Of a stretch of DNA of 32,071 nucleotides, positions 9,282 to 19,125 are shown in pieces. Origin of the DNA: Trichomonas gallinae (taxonomy: Eukaryota); NCBI GenBank assembly GCA_008369845.1, contig MRSU01006106.1, positions 1 to 32,071 of the forward strand. The letters run 5' to 3'. The position numbers and the translations under genes are program-made. Under the pieces are notes generated by a model, which searched no databases, was not told the origin of the DNA, and saw only the letters and a program-made list of their open reading frames with translations. Within the stretch, counting starts at the first letter, position 1. The number at the start of each line of letters is the position of its first letter.

Positions 9282-12200
9282 TCAAACAAATGAATCATTG
9301 TCTTCTCTAGCAAGAAGGAATTCTGACCTGAGCAGATCCCTAAGATCAGACTTTCTATTATGTTTCACTATAACAAAAACAATCGCGCATGAAATTCCTA
9401 TAATAAGTGCACATCCGGCAGCAATAGTACCGATTCCTAGTTTAGACTGATAGAAAGGAACTGGTGTTGGAGTCGGAAGAGGAGACATTGATGGAGTCAT
9501 GCTTATTGTTGGCTCAACGGTTGGTTTAGGTGTTGGAACTGGTGTTAAAGCTGGTGTTGGCCTTGGTGCTGGCTTATGATAAGATAAAGCGATACAATTA
9601 AATTCTGCAATTTTATCAAAGTGAGCTTCAAGGACGCATGTTGTTGAATTGAAGTCAATATTATCAGATTTAAAATGTACAAAGATTGTTGATGGTATTG
9701 TCGATTTAGATTTGATGAATGGAATTGGTTTCATATTGTAAATATTAGAAAACTCCATGTAAAGATCATCTCCATCTTGGATATAATCCATTTGTACTGA
9801 AACCATCTGCGCTGGGAATTTGTTTGCTGTAATACTTGAAATGGTCTGCAATGAGTAGATCATGTGAATAAATGTTGGCATTACATTGAAAGTCACGTCA
9901 ACACCTTTGTCAATTGATGCTGTGTTGACTTCAAATGGAATTGAAACTTTTGTATCTGATTCCAAATAAAGTTTATCAACGATAATACGGTCTGCTTTCA
10001 GCTCAACTTCATCGTGAAGCATGAGTTTATCGATCTTTAGTTTGGAATTAGATGTAAAAGATCCTTTCTTAGGAAGAATAACAATTCCTACAGCACCAGT
10101 ACCAGTAATAGTCAAAGTATTGGCCATGAAAGCAACACTAGGCAAAGTCTGTTTTCCTATTTGAACATTAAGGTTATTTCCTGTAATTGAAGTAGAATAA
10201 TTTGCATCTTGAAAATCATTTAGCGATAATGATGCGTTAACACAGTCAACAGCGAATTTGTAGCTTTGCCGTGAATTTTCTGTGGAAATCAATGTAATAT
10301 CTTTAATAGATTCATCGAAAATTAATTTCAAAGTTGCTCCAAGGAAAGTTGGAACATTGTAATTAACGCCATTCGAATTGATTGTTACAGATCCGGTGCT
10401 TAATGTAACTGATAGTGATTCATTGAAGCCGTTAATTGTAATTGTTGAAATTTTTGCGCCATTAACCAATCCATTAGGTATATTCGACTGTTTTGCTTTT
10501 ATATTTTCAAGATGCAATGTTTCCAACATTGTTGTTGTAAGAGAACTTCCTTGATTCATTATAAGATTTGTTATATACGATTCTGAGTGATAATCAAGAG
10601 TGATATTGGTTAGGTATAGTTCGTAAATAACATCCCTTAACAAAGAATTGTCTTTCAAAGAAACTTTTGATTGTTGATTTGAAATAATTGAAACTGATGC
10701 ATTTGATAGCTTTGATAGATCAATTTCAGCTTCACCGAGATCGAATATCATGATATTTAACTTATTTTGTCCAGTTTCAATAAAATCTTGAATTTTATCA
10801 GGAGAAACTGAAACAAAATTAGATGGGCAGCTTTGTGCATCTTTAGCTAAGCATATTCTATCAGCAACAGCTGTTTGCAGGGGCTGTAGCTTAAGAGTTA
10901 AGCAAGTTATTTGTGTTTCCTCATCATATTTGCAATCTCTTGTATAATTGTTGTATCCTGCTTGTGTCGTATTGAAGTGGTTATTCAATTTAACAGTCCA
11001 ATCATTGCAGGAAACAGAAGGGCCGCAAATTAAATCAACTTCGCTTGTGGCGTTGAATGATTGATCCAAATTAACATATACGTACTTCTTGCCCTTCTCA
11101 TAGTAATTTCCGTGTATTTCTAGCTTTGGATAATGATCTTTCGTAAATTCCAATGTTACTGTTCCATTATTAATGAATGAGACATTTTCCGAATACAGTG
11201 TTGAGCCTGTAATGCGCAGATTATCGAATTTAACAGTAGAAGAACCCGTTAATGAAAACATTTGCTCGGAATTTAAATGTAAATTAGAAATAGTTGGACT
11301 TAATGAAGCTGGCTCTAGTTTGAACTCACTACCTGAGTTCTGAATAGCCAATTCATCAAATATAACTTCATGTTTCTGTTCAGATAATGATTTAAATAAT
11401 TGATTATCCCCAGTTACAAGTGGCAATGATGAAATCTTTCTCACCTTTGGACCTATTTCAGCGTAGATCGGTGCAACATCGGATCTAGCGAAAGTAAAAG
11501 GTAATTCAGGAGATTCCACTGAAATTTGAGCTCCTTGGCTTATATCAAGGACTGGCAGTGTTGTCGGCTTGTAGAATTGCTGTGGCAATGAGAGCCATGA
11601 ATATTGGCCAACAATTATCTGTAATCTCTTAAGAAAAGAAACACCAACTGAAGAAAGCCAGTATAATGTTAATTTGCAGTCTTTTCCGTTATTAGTGATA
11701 GTTGGGACTATGTTGCGTCCGTATGTTTTGATATAAAGCTGGGCTTTTGTATCTTGATGAATAATATATAATCCATCATAGTAAACATATATTGTATATG
11801 AAGCTTTGAACTCTTTGATGTTTAGGAATGTAATTTCACTCTCAGGAATGTTGATTGAAATGTTTTTTGATCCTAAATTTAACAAATGTATTGAAAATAA
11901 TGGGATTTTTCCAAGGTTGAATTGTATTATTGAATATGGATCACCACTTAAAGCGTCTGTGTTAAGAGTTACACTAGTTTCTATTGAAAGATTTACATTA
12001 AAAATTTCTATTTTTGGAGCTGTTACAGATTTGACGTCGAAACTAAGACTAAGATCTCTAAAAGTCAGAGAACTTTGTGGTGCGAGTTGATTTGTAGCGT
12101 GAATATAAATATTCGGCAATGATTTTGTTCCGATGAAAATAAAATCCGTCTTATTCGGATTAGGAATTGATAAATCGAATTTAAGTGGCTGTGATTGACT

Positions 12201-12377
12201 GTCCATGGTGCTGTTAAATATATAAAACGTTATTGCAGATTTATCGAGAAAATTTTGCCAAATCGAGAAATTTTCACTTGTAATCAATAAACTACCTGCA
12301 GGACAAGCTTCACTGGCAGTTGAGAAGCAAAAACTCGAATCAGCAGCTTCAATTAACGAAAATAAAACAAAAAACAT
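9282..12377 (-). CDS. Large type I surface membrane protein with duplicated ectodomain module and Pro/Thr stalk
   Basis: Signal-like MFFVLFSLIEA, beta-rich S/T/N ectodomain, PTP-repeat stalk, TM (IGTIAAGCALIIGISCAIVFVIV) and short tail. ATG at 12377 with TCACT Inr at 12401-12397. Confidence 0.88.
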   Translation of the reverse strand: MFFVLFSLIEAADSSFCFSTASEACPAGSLLITSENFSIWQNFLDKSAITFYIFNSTMDSQSQPLKFDLSIPNPNKTDFIFIGTKSLPNIYIHATNQLAPQSSLTFRDLSLSFDVKSVTAPKIEIFNVNLSIETSVTLNTDALSGDPYSIIQFNLGKIPLFSIHLLNLGSKNISINIPESEITFLNIKEFKASYTIYVYYDGLYIIHQDTKAQLYIKTYGRNIVPTITNNGKDCKLTLYWLSSVGVSFLKRLQIIVGQYSWLSLPQQFYKPTTLPVLDISQGAQISVESPELPFTFARSDVAPIYAEIGPKVRKISSLPLVTGDNQLFKSLSEQKHEVIFDELAIQNSGSEFKLEPASLSPTISNLHLNSEQMFSLTGSSTVKFDNLRITGSTLYSENVSFINNGTVTLEFTKDHYPKLEIHGNYYEKGKKYVYVNLDQSFNATSEVDLICGPSVSCNDWTVKLNNHFNTTQAGYNNYTRDCKYDEETQITCLTLKLQPLQTAVADRICLAKDAQSCPSNFVSVSPDKIQDFIETGQNKLNIMIFDLGEAEIDLSKLSNASVSIISNQQSKVSLKDNSLLRDVIYELYLTNITLDYHSESYITNLIMNQGSSLTTTMLETLHLENIKAKQSNIPNGLVNGAKISTITINGFNESLSVTLSTGSVTINSNGVNYNVPTFLGATLKLIFDESIKDITLISTENSRQSYKFAVDCVNASLSLNDFQDANYSTSITGNNLNVQIGKQTLPSVAFMANTLTITGTGAVGIVILPKKGSFTSNSKLKIDKLMLHDEVELKADRIIVDKLYLESDTKVSIPFEVNTASIDKGVDVTFNVMPTFIHMIYSLQTISSITANKFPAQMVSVQMDYIQDGDDLYMEFSNIYNMKPIPFIKSKSTIPSTIFVHFKSDNIDFNSTTCVLEAHFDKIAEFNCIALSYHKPAPRPTPALTPVPTPKPTVEPTISMTPSMSPLPTPTPVPFYQSKLGIGTIAAGCALIIGISCAIVFVIVKHNRKSDLRDLLRSEFLLAREDNDSFV

Positions 12378-12698
12378 AAAAATAAATTTTGATAAAAGTG
12401 ACAAAAAAGTGCCAAAAAATCAAATCATTTTATTTCATTCAAAATTTGGACTCTTATCACTATGTCTATCTCATTTAAAACCAAAATTTTTGTCAAAAAC
12501 GTTTTTAAAAATTCTCAAATCAAAAACCTCAGCATTTCAGGTTTTCGACGATATTTTTCCCTAAAACATGAAGGTTTCTTATATATTTTTCGTAGAAATT
12601 TTCTTATTTCTTGTAATAAATATATTTCATGATTTAATCAAATAGAAATTGGTTTACTGTATTCGAAGGAATGAATCTAGAAGAGGGTAGTTTACATC

Positions 12699-12971
12699 TT
12701 ATGCGTTGAGTGGAGCCTCATGTTGTTCAGGTTGAGTATTTTTAGGTTTCTTGCAAGCAATGCAGTAGATTGCAATCAAAACAACGAAGACTCCGAGAAC
12801 TACGCCAACTGTAGCTCCAGCATATACCGAAGTATTTATGTTGTCGTCTAATGCTTTACGTGAATATTGTTGAGCCGCAGCTTTGAAACCTGAGACAAAC
12901 TTGTTGAAAGTGCTACCTTCAGCAAATGGCATAACACTGCCAACAAGAGCTAGTAAGAAAGCAAAAATCAT
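12699..12971 (-). CDS. Small (90 aa) type I membrane protein
   Basis: Signal peptide MIFAFLLALVGS, TM VYAGATVGVVLGVFVVLIAIYCIAC, basic stop-transfer KKPK. TCATT Inr at 12988-12984. Confidence 0.85.
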   Translation of the reverse strand: MIFAFLLALVGSVMPFAEGSTFNKFVSGFKAAAQQYSRKALDDNINTSVYAGATVGVVLGVFVVLIAIYCIACKKPKNTQPEQHEAPLNA

Positions 12972-13110
12972 TTCTTAAAAAAAAATGATCGTCAAAAAAA
13001 TTCAGGCAAAATGTAAACTTTAGCAGAAATTTTGTTGAAAAAACTTATGAATACAAATTCTTTCTTTTCATCCATCAAATTGTTTAAATCTTCCTTTTGG
13101 AATTTAATTC

Positions 13111-13237
13111 AATTTTTTTCATGTCAAATTGTTATGAAATCTTGGTATTTACATGACAAAATGTAGTTAAAAAAATTGATTTGATCAATTTTACATGTCA
13201 AATTATTCGAAATCATTAAATTTACAGGTCAAAAAAA
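13111..13237. repeat. Imperfect direct repeat, 74 bp period
   Basis: CATGTCAAATT at 13120 and 13194, each followed by GAAATC...TTTACA.G.CAAAA. Confidence 0.7.
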
Positions 13238-13618
13238 ATCGTGTCTATCTCTTATTAAAATTACCATTCCTCAAGCAGGAAAATATTTAAATGAGGATCC
13301 ACTTCTTCATTAGCAGGGCAATCTTGAAAAGATTGTTACTAAACTGCATTAAATTTTTCATTCTATAGATATTCACTAGAAATAATATCAAATTCATTAA
13401 CTATACACTATTCATCCGTAAAGTAATATGTGCCTCTTATGGTTTTTAATATACTTCTCAAAATATATTGTTTTTTAAAAATAAAGATTGATTTTGATAT
13501 ATCTCATTATAACTATCTTATATACCAAGTTAGAGTAGAAATACAGAATGCTAAATCCAGAACTTTCTCTTGTAAAAAAAAAATTAAATTTTTGTTATAA
13601 TTTATGACTAATATATGT

Positions 13619-15130
13619 TTACATAACAGATTCTTGTTCCTTTTGTAACTTTTGTTGAATTATATCAATAACCTGTGCTGCAGGTTTATATTCATCATTC
13701 TCGTCTGCGATATCAGCAATGTCTAGTAATGTTGTTTGGTCCTCAAGTTGTTCGCAGTATTTGAAATTAAGGTCTGGATTCTTTGAAACAGAGTCATACA
13801 TCAAATTAAATAGAGATGCATAATAATATGCTGCTTTCGGATTCAAAGTTGCAACTGGATCAGCAACATCAAGGAAATTCTGGTCTAGAAGCAAAGATAT
13901 CTGATAAGGGAACAAATAAGCGTAACACTTAGCGACTGTTTCAAGAATTGCAATTCTTGCTTGAACTGTATCAGCGAGAATACTACTATCTAACTGCATA
14001 GTGCTTGCGAGCTTCTCGAATGTGCCGAAGTAATGCATCTGGCTTGGATCAATAGTCAGCATATTACACATAAACATAACAATAATCTGATTTGATTTGC
14101 TGTCCCAGCCAAATACTTTCTCCCACAGCATAGACCAAGGCATCCTATTATTCATGAAAGCAATTCCATCATCCAAATTGTATAAAAGAAACATTAAATC
14201 AGTTAAATTTTGGAAGAAATCACTCCAGTTTTCTGTGATATAGGTTACATCTGGATTTGGCAGACTTTCAATAATTTGAGGAAGCTTTTCAATTATTGCT
14301 GAACAATATCCATCAATTTTTGTAATATTCATTGCGGCGATAAACTGTCTCAAAATAGCGAATGTAACAGCCTGTACACCTACATATGTGGTACTTAAAA
14401 GGTTATAAGCGGAGGTTCCTATATTTCTAATAAATATTGCGTGACTTGTTGAATTTGTTTCATCAAATTTAATGACAAAACCTAATATTCCTTGCAAAAC
14501 TAATGCTACATAAGGCAGCACACGCATATTGGCATATTTCAAAAGATTTATAATATATTCATAAATTTCTTCAACTTTTTGCATTGAGTAGATTTCACTG
14601 ATGATAGTATTGTATAAAATCCCCAGAATTCCTCTGCGCATTATTAATCTTTGAGCATCAACAGTAAACATTTGTTTGAGACTCATTAACATCCTTCCTC
14701 TATTCATCATTTCATCAGGATCATTGATTCTGTTAGCCATATGATCAAATAAGTCTTCATTAAAATACATCCTTGTTAAATCATCGTCATCTATTGATGA
14801 AATATAGTTCAATATGCGTATTACTTCAATATTAAGGTCAGGATCTAAAAACAAAATGAAAGCGTCGATAAGTGCATTTTTAAATTCTTCATTTTCTTTA
14901 AGTGCGCTTGTAAGCCCAGGTAATCCTGAGAATACTCTGAATACTGTAACGATTTCTTTTGCAGTATCTATCGTAAACTTTGGTCTTGTGTCGGATAAAT
15001 TTGTATACCCTTCAATAAAGCTGTCCATCAAGTTACAAAAGCGAACAGGATCATAAACACCTCCATTTAATTGATCTTCAACCAAAAGCGGCTGATTTTG
15101 CTGAGATGTTACTTGTTCATCTAAAATCAT
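13619..15130 (-). CDS. Hypothetical alpha-helical (ARM-like) protein
   Basis: 503-aa intact ORF with amphipathic helical pattern. TCATT Inr at 15143-15139. TAAA at stop. Confidence 0.8.
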   Translation of the reverse strand: MILDEQVTSQQNQPLLVEDQLNGGVYDPVRFCNLMDSFIEGYTNLSDTRPKFTIDTAKEIVTVFRVFSGLPGLTSALKENEEFKNALIDAFILFLDPDLNIEVIRILNYISSIDDDDLTRMYFNEDLFDHMANRINDPDEMMNRGRMLMSLKQMFTVDAQRLIMRRGILGILYNTIISEIYSMQKVEEIYEYIINLLKYANMRVLPYVALVLQGILGFVIKFDETNSTSHAIFIRNIGTSAYNLLSTTYVGVQAVTFAILRQFIAAMNITKIDGYCSAIIEKLPQIIESLPNPDVTYITENWSDFFQNLTDLMFLLYNLDDGIAFMNNRMPWSMLWEKVFGWDSKSNQIIVMFMCNMLTIDPSQMHYFGTFEKLASTMQLDSSILADTVQARIAILETVAKCYAYLFPYQISLLLDQNFLDVADPVATLNPKAAYYYASLFNLMYDSVSKNPDLNFKYCEQLEDQTTLLDIADIADENDEYKPAAQVIDIIQQKLQKEQESVM

Positions 15131-15322
15131 TTATGAAAAATGACGAATTTTAGATGTCACATTATAAAGTTAAGAGCCTAAATAAGTAAATTTCCCTGCA
15201 GATTTTGACTAGTAAAAAAAATTATTGAATTATAAAAAATAACTGAAATCTGTAATTTACGGATCTTAAATTTTATTTTGTGATAATGAATATTACTTGA
15301 CATTAAATTAAAATTATAGGAT

Positions 15323-16666
15323 TTAGCTGCCTTCGCTACCGAATTCCTTAGTCCACTCTTCGAACCTTGTAAGATCGCTAGGAGATACAGATGGACGAAT
15401 CTTTGAAACAGACTCCTTGAAGTCCAAGAAAGAAACTGGTGGTGATTCGATCTTATCAGCTGGGAAATCTGCATCCATAAGGCTCATCTTCATAGCTCCT
15501 GGATGGTTTGGAGCGCAAGCTTGGAGCATGCCAGATGGTGTCCAGAAGAAGTGTGTGGCGTTCTGAAGTTTACGAATGGCAAGCATAGCTGCTTCACGAG
15601 AAAGAATGCTCATATCAGCGCCGGAGTAGCCGTCTGTCATTTGAGCGATGATATCGATCTGATCTGGTTGGATTGTGTTTGGTGTATCCTTGAGCTTCAA
15701 CTGGATAAGACGTTTACGTGCTTCGAAATCTGGGAGTGGGATGTAAATCTTCTTTTCGAAACGACGCCTGACAGCTGGATCGAGGCCCCATGGAATGTTT
15801 GTAGCAGCAAGAACGAGAACATCTTGTGGACCGATCTTGAAGCCATCCATCTGAATAAGGAATTCTGTCTTGATACGGCGGGAGGATTCAGAGTCGTCTT
15901 CCTTACGCTCGCTGAGCAAAGAATCGACTTCATCGATGAAGATGATTGAAGGATGCTGAGAACGGGCTGTTGAGAAGAGGGCACGAATGAGTTTTTCAGA
16001 CTCACCGAGCCACTTGGAGACGAGATCTGATGTTGAAACTGTCAAGTATGTAGAGTTGTTAGCTTCGGAAGCTGTAGCCTTAGCAAGGAAGGATTTACCT
16101 GTACCTGGTGGACCGTAAAGAAGGATACCTCTCCATGGTGCACGCTCACCGACGAAGAACTGTTTGAACTTGAGAGGCATAATAACAGCTTCTGAAAGAG
16201 CTTGTTTAGCACCAGCGAGACCAGCGACATCTGACCATTTGATGTTTGGCCTTTCAACGACAATAGCGCTGGCAATACGACTTTCGAATTCGGAAGCTTC
16301 GTCATCGCCTTCGCCTCCTTTGCCGCCGCCACCACCGCCGCCGTTGCCCTTACCGCCGCCGCCGCCGCCACCACCTTTGTGTGGCTTTGGAGCTTGGGCA
16401 GCGCCGCCACCAGCAGATGTTGGTGGAGCTTGTTGAATATTATCGAGTTCTGTGGCGCGTTGCGTGCAGCGGGATTCGTGCTCCTTAGCCTTATTCAAAA
16501 GGTTCTCGGAGCCGCCCTTCTGTGTTTGAGCTAACTTGAATTTTGAAGCTGCTTGTAAATAATAGTTTTTGGCTTGCTCGTATTGGCCAGCCCTATCCAT
16601 AGCAACAGCATTCTTGATTAAATTTGTGCCGTCGTTGAAATATTGCTGAAATAAATTACTTCGCAT
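15323..16666 (-). CDS. VPS4: Vps4 AAA+ ATPase (ESCRT-III disassembly)
   Basis: N-terminal MIT domain (AVAMDRAGQYEQAKNYY), RPNIKWSDVAGL, Walker A GPPGTGKS, pore loop SKWLGESE, Walker B IIFIDE, LAATNIPWGLD, RRRFEK, Vps4_C ending FEEWTKEFGSEG. Inr TCATT at 16681-16677. Confidence 0.97.
   Translation of the reverse strand: MRSNLFQQYFNDGTNLIKNAVAMDRAGQYEQAKNYYLQAASKFKLAQTQKGGSENLLNKAKEHESRCTQRATELDNIQQAPPTSAGGGAAQAPKPHKGGGGGGGGKGNGGGGGGGKGGEGDDEASEFESRIASAIVVERPNIKWSDVAGLAGAKQALSEAVIMPLKFKQFFVGERAPWRGILLYGPPGTGKSFLAKATASEANNSTYLTVSTSDLVSKWLGESEKLIRALFSTARSQHPSIIFIDEVDSLLSERKEDDSESSRRIKTEFLIQMDGFKIGPQDVLVLAATNIPWGLDPAVRRRFEKKIYIPLPDFEARKRLIQLKLKDTPNTIQPDQIDIIAQMTDGYSGADMSILSREAAMLAIRKLQNATHFFWTPSGMLQACAPNHPGAMKMSLMDADFPADKIESPPVSFLDFKESVSKIRPSVSPSDLTRFEEWTKEFGSEGS
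16322..16375 (-). repeat. (GGC/GGT)n trinucleotide repeat encoding the poly-Gly linker of Vps4
   Basis: GCC/ACC runs on the + strand; translates KGGGGGGGGKGNGGGGGGGKG. Confidence 0.9.
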
Positions 16667-17369
16667 GCTTAAAAAAAATGATTTTTTACTTTCTCAATAT
16701 TTCACCGCATTTCATATCACTTTATCACCGGACTGAAGATTTTTCTAAATTATTGGATATTTGGAATATATCATATTAGAGCATTCTGAATAACAGCTTT
16801 TAAGATCAAAAAAATTATCATTTTTTTGGTTTTGCGAAATAACCATAAAATATGAATCTATAGACTATTCTATTCCGTTAATTGTGCTTAATTTAAGTTG
16901 CAAGTCTGGAAAATTTTCGGATTTTTCATCAAAAATTAATTTGTTTTATAAAATTTGAAGATTTCATTATCATTTTCTTGAAAATTTAAAAATCCAAATA
17001 ATTCATCATTATTTATTTTGAATCTATATACATTCATGATTCGAAAAATCATTAAATGTCAAAAAATCAAAGTTAATTTCAACATTTCCTGACCAATTTT
17101 ATTAAAATTAGCCATAACAATGATTGAATGATAATATTCTCGATTTATTTTTAGCTTATATATTTTTTCTTCTCGTGCATATAAATCGACTGTCTTTGAC
17201 TCAGATGCATGGCTTATTATTATTTTGAACAAGGAAATGTATAGATGACATAGATTCTTATATATAATCTTATGTAAGTATCGAGCAGAATCGACAAATT
17301 CACCGTAATTTTTCAGCAAACTTAAGTCTATAATACAAAAGTAAATAAGGTTACCATTTTTTTTTACAT

Positions 17370-18644
17370 TTGAGATTTCTTCGGAAACGAAGAGTCCTTC
17401 AGTTACGGAAATTCCTTCTAATTCTTTATATAGTATCGTTAGTAAGCTACATCTTATACTTATACTTCCCGAGAACATCATTTTCGTTCGCAAAATATTC
17501 AGTATTAATAAATATTACCGATAACTCACTTATTGAGAAGTACAGATTGGAGTTAAATGCACAGTACAAGTTTTTCATCGATAAATGCAAAGGATATGAT
17601 GTACTGAGAACAATTGGAAAAATTTGTCGACGAATAACAGGGACATCCGAAACAGAGCTGGCATCTCTAACAGCTAACATATTGTTAAATAATACCGTTT
17701 ACTTGAATCATAATGTATTGGACAAATTATTAACAATTTATTCCGCAGAAACAGGATATATTGCAGAAAATATCATTGCCCCGTTAATAAGTGCGTATAT
17801 TTCTTCATCTAATACTAGTTATTTAATACAGAGTCGCGAAATTGCAGATTTTATAATCAAAACTTGTAAGAATCCAGTTTCAGCATTCATAAATATCGAT
17901 AAAAAGATCTGTACAAATAGAATTAACGATAATTATCCTTTCTTCGAACAAATATCGCCAATATTACCAGTCTTTGCATCTCTAACTCTGCATACAAAAG
18001 ATAACAGATACATTAAATATACTCATAAGATTGTCAACGAAATAGAGAAATCTCTTTCAAAATCGAAATTTTCTTACGTATTTTACGGTAAATCTTCTTC
18101 AATGCTTCCACCACCGAAACTAGTCAAGGATTTACACAGATATTACTTAATATCTGGTGACTCAAAGGCTCAAAATATGTTAAGATTTTATCAAAATTCT
18201 GTTTCTTCGTTTACATTCAAGAATACTGTTGTGATACATAACATGGAATACTGCTCACCTGTATTTAACCTCCTGCAACCGTGTCTAAGCAAAATAGATG
18301 ACGAAGGCTTTTTACCAATGATGGAAGCTCAAAGTGAGTTTAAAGGCCATGTATATAAGGCACAATTCAAGTATGACGGAGATATATTGGAACTATTTTG
18401 GAAAAGTGGGCATTATGGCATATTAAGCACAGTTTTAGAGAGTGGATTCAAATTCACAAAGTTTGATGGGATTGCAACAGGAATAAGGAACATTACTAAA
18501 GATAATTACGAAAGTGACCATGTAATGCATCCTTCTTATTTCTCGAGATGGATTGTTTCATCACTTTTATATGAATCCAAAATGAGATATGATCAATTCG
18601 TGTTTTCACAAAACGGTCACATTCTTTTACTCAAAGAACATTAG
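17370..18644 (+). CDS. Type II membrane protein, degenerate glycoside hydrolase family 47 (alpha-1,2-mannosidase)-like; no ATG start
   Basis: Basic N-terminus plus signal anchor. GH47-like blocks KGYDVL (WGxDEL), IIAPLISAY (LGGLLSAY), FASLTLHTKDNRY (FxxLSxLTGDPKY), DQFVFSQNGHIL (YVFNTEAHPL). Starts at TTG; could be a recent pseudogene. Confidence 0.65.
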   Translation: MRFLRKRRVLQLRKFLLILYIVSLVSYILYLYFPRTSFSFAKYSVLINITDNSLIEKYRLELNAQYKFFIDKCKGYDVLRTIGKICRRITGTSETELASLTANILLNNTVYLNHNVLDKLLTIYSAETGYIAENIIAPLISAYISSSNTSYLIQSREIADFIIKTCKNPVSAFINIDKKICTNRINDNYPFFEQISPILPVFASLTLHTKDNRYIKYTHKIVNEIEKSLSKSKFSYVFYGKSSSMLPPPKLVKDLHRYYLISGDSKAQNMLRFYQNSVSSFTFKNTVVIHNMEYCSPVFNLLQPCLSKIDDEGFLPMMEAQSEFKGHVYKAQFKYDGDILELFWKSGHYGILSTVLESGFKFTKFDGIATGIRNITKDNYESDHVMHPSYFSRWIVSSLLYESKMRYDQFVFSQNGHILLLKEH

Positions 18645-19053
18645 GTTCATCATTCTAATGATGATCATATCGCTGATAAAATCAAATGAAAAATTGTCAT
18701 TTGTTAGATTTAATAACCTGATCAGTGAAATATGCAAATAGGCTATAGTATGTCATATATATCGTTAAAAAATCTATCATTTACATAGAGAAATTTGATA
18801 AAATCAATTTTTACAGACTCATATCACACATATATGATAAATTCCAGCGGGACATACAAAACTTAGCCCAAAATATTTATGTTTATAATGATTAAAACCT
18901 GCTAATATGATGAGTCGTAATTACGAAATAATATTAATTAACATATCGGAATATTACATATAAAAATGGATGTAGAAAGTGATAAATATACTAATAATAA
19001 AATTGCTGCCATTTTTATAGGTCAGGAACCGAGTTATGCCATGTTTTTCATCT

Positions 19054-19110
19054 ATGACGTAGTCCTGCGTCATCAAAAGTGACAATGGCTCTCTATTTAG
19101 AAAAGTGACA
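19054..19110 (+). promoter_or_regulatory. IBD gene upstream region: 20-bp dyad plus two AAAAGTGACA motifs
   Basis: ATGACGTAG-TC-CTGCGTCAT at 19054-19073. AAAAGTGACA at 19075-19084 and 19101-19110. Confidence 0.55.
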
Positions 19111-19125
19111 GCAGTTCTCTAATAC

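Noticed and set aside
17341..17374. GT...AG 34-nt intron rescuing the missing ATG
   Set aside because: Lacks the trichomonad ACTAAC/TCTAAC branch-acceptor motif, and no open upstream exon with an ATG is present.
17059..17493. 144-aa minus-strand ORF
   Set aside because: Overlaps the GH47-like gene antisense and runs through AT-rich spacer; no recognisable features.
18658..18721. ATGATGA...CTGA...CTGA as a C/D snoRNA
   Set aside because: No terminal stem, no recognisable rRNA-complementary guide, and it lies in the AT-rich 3' flank of a gene; likely chance.
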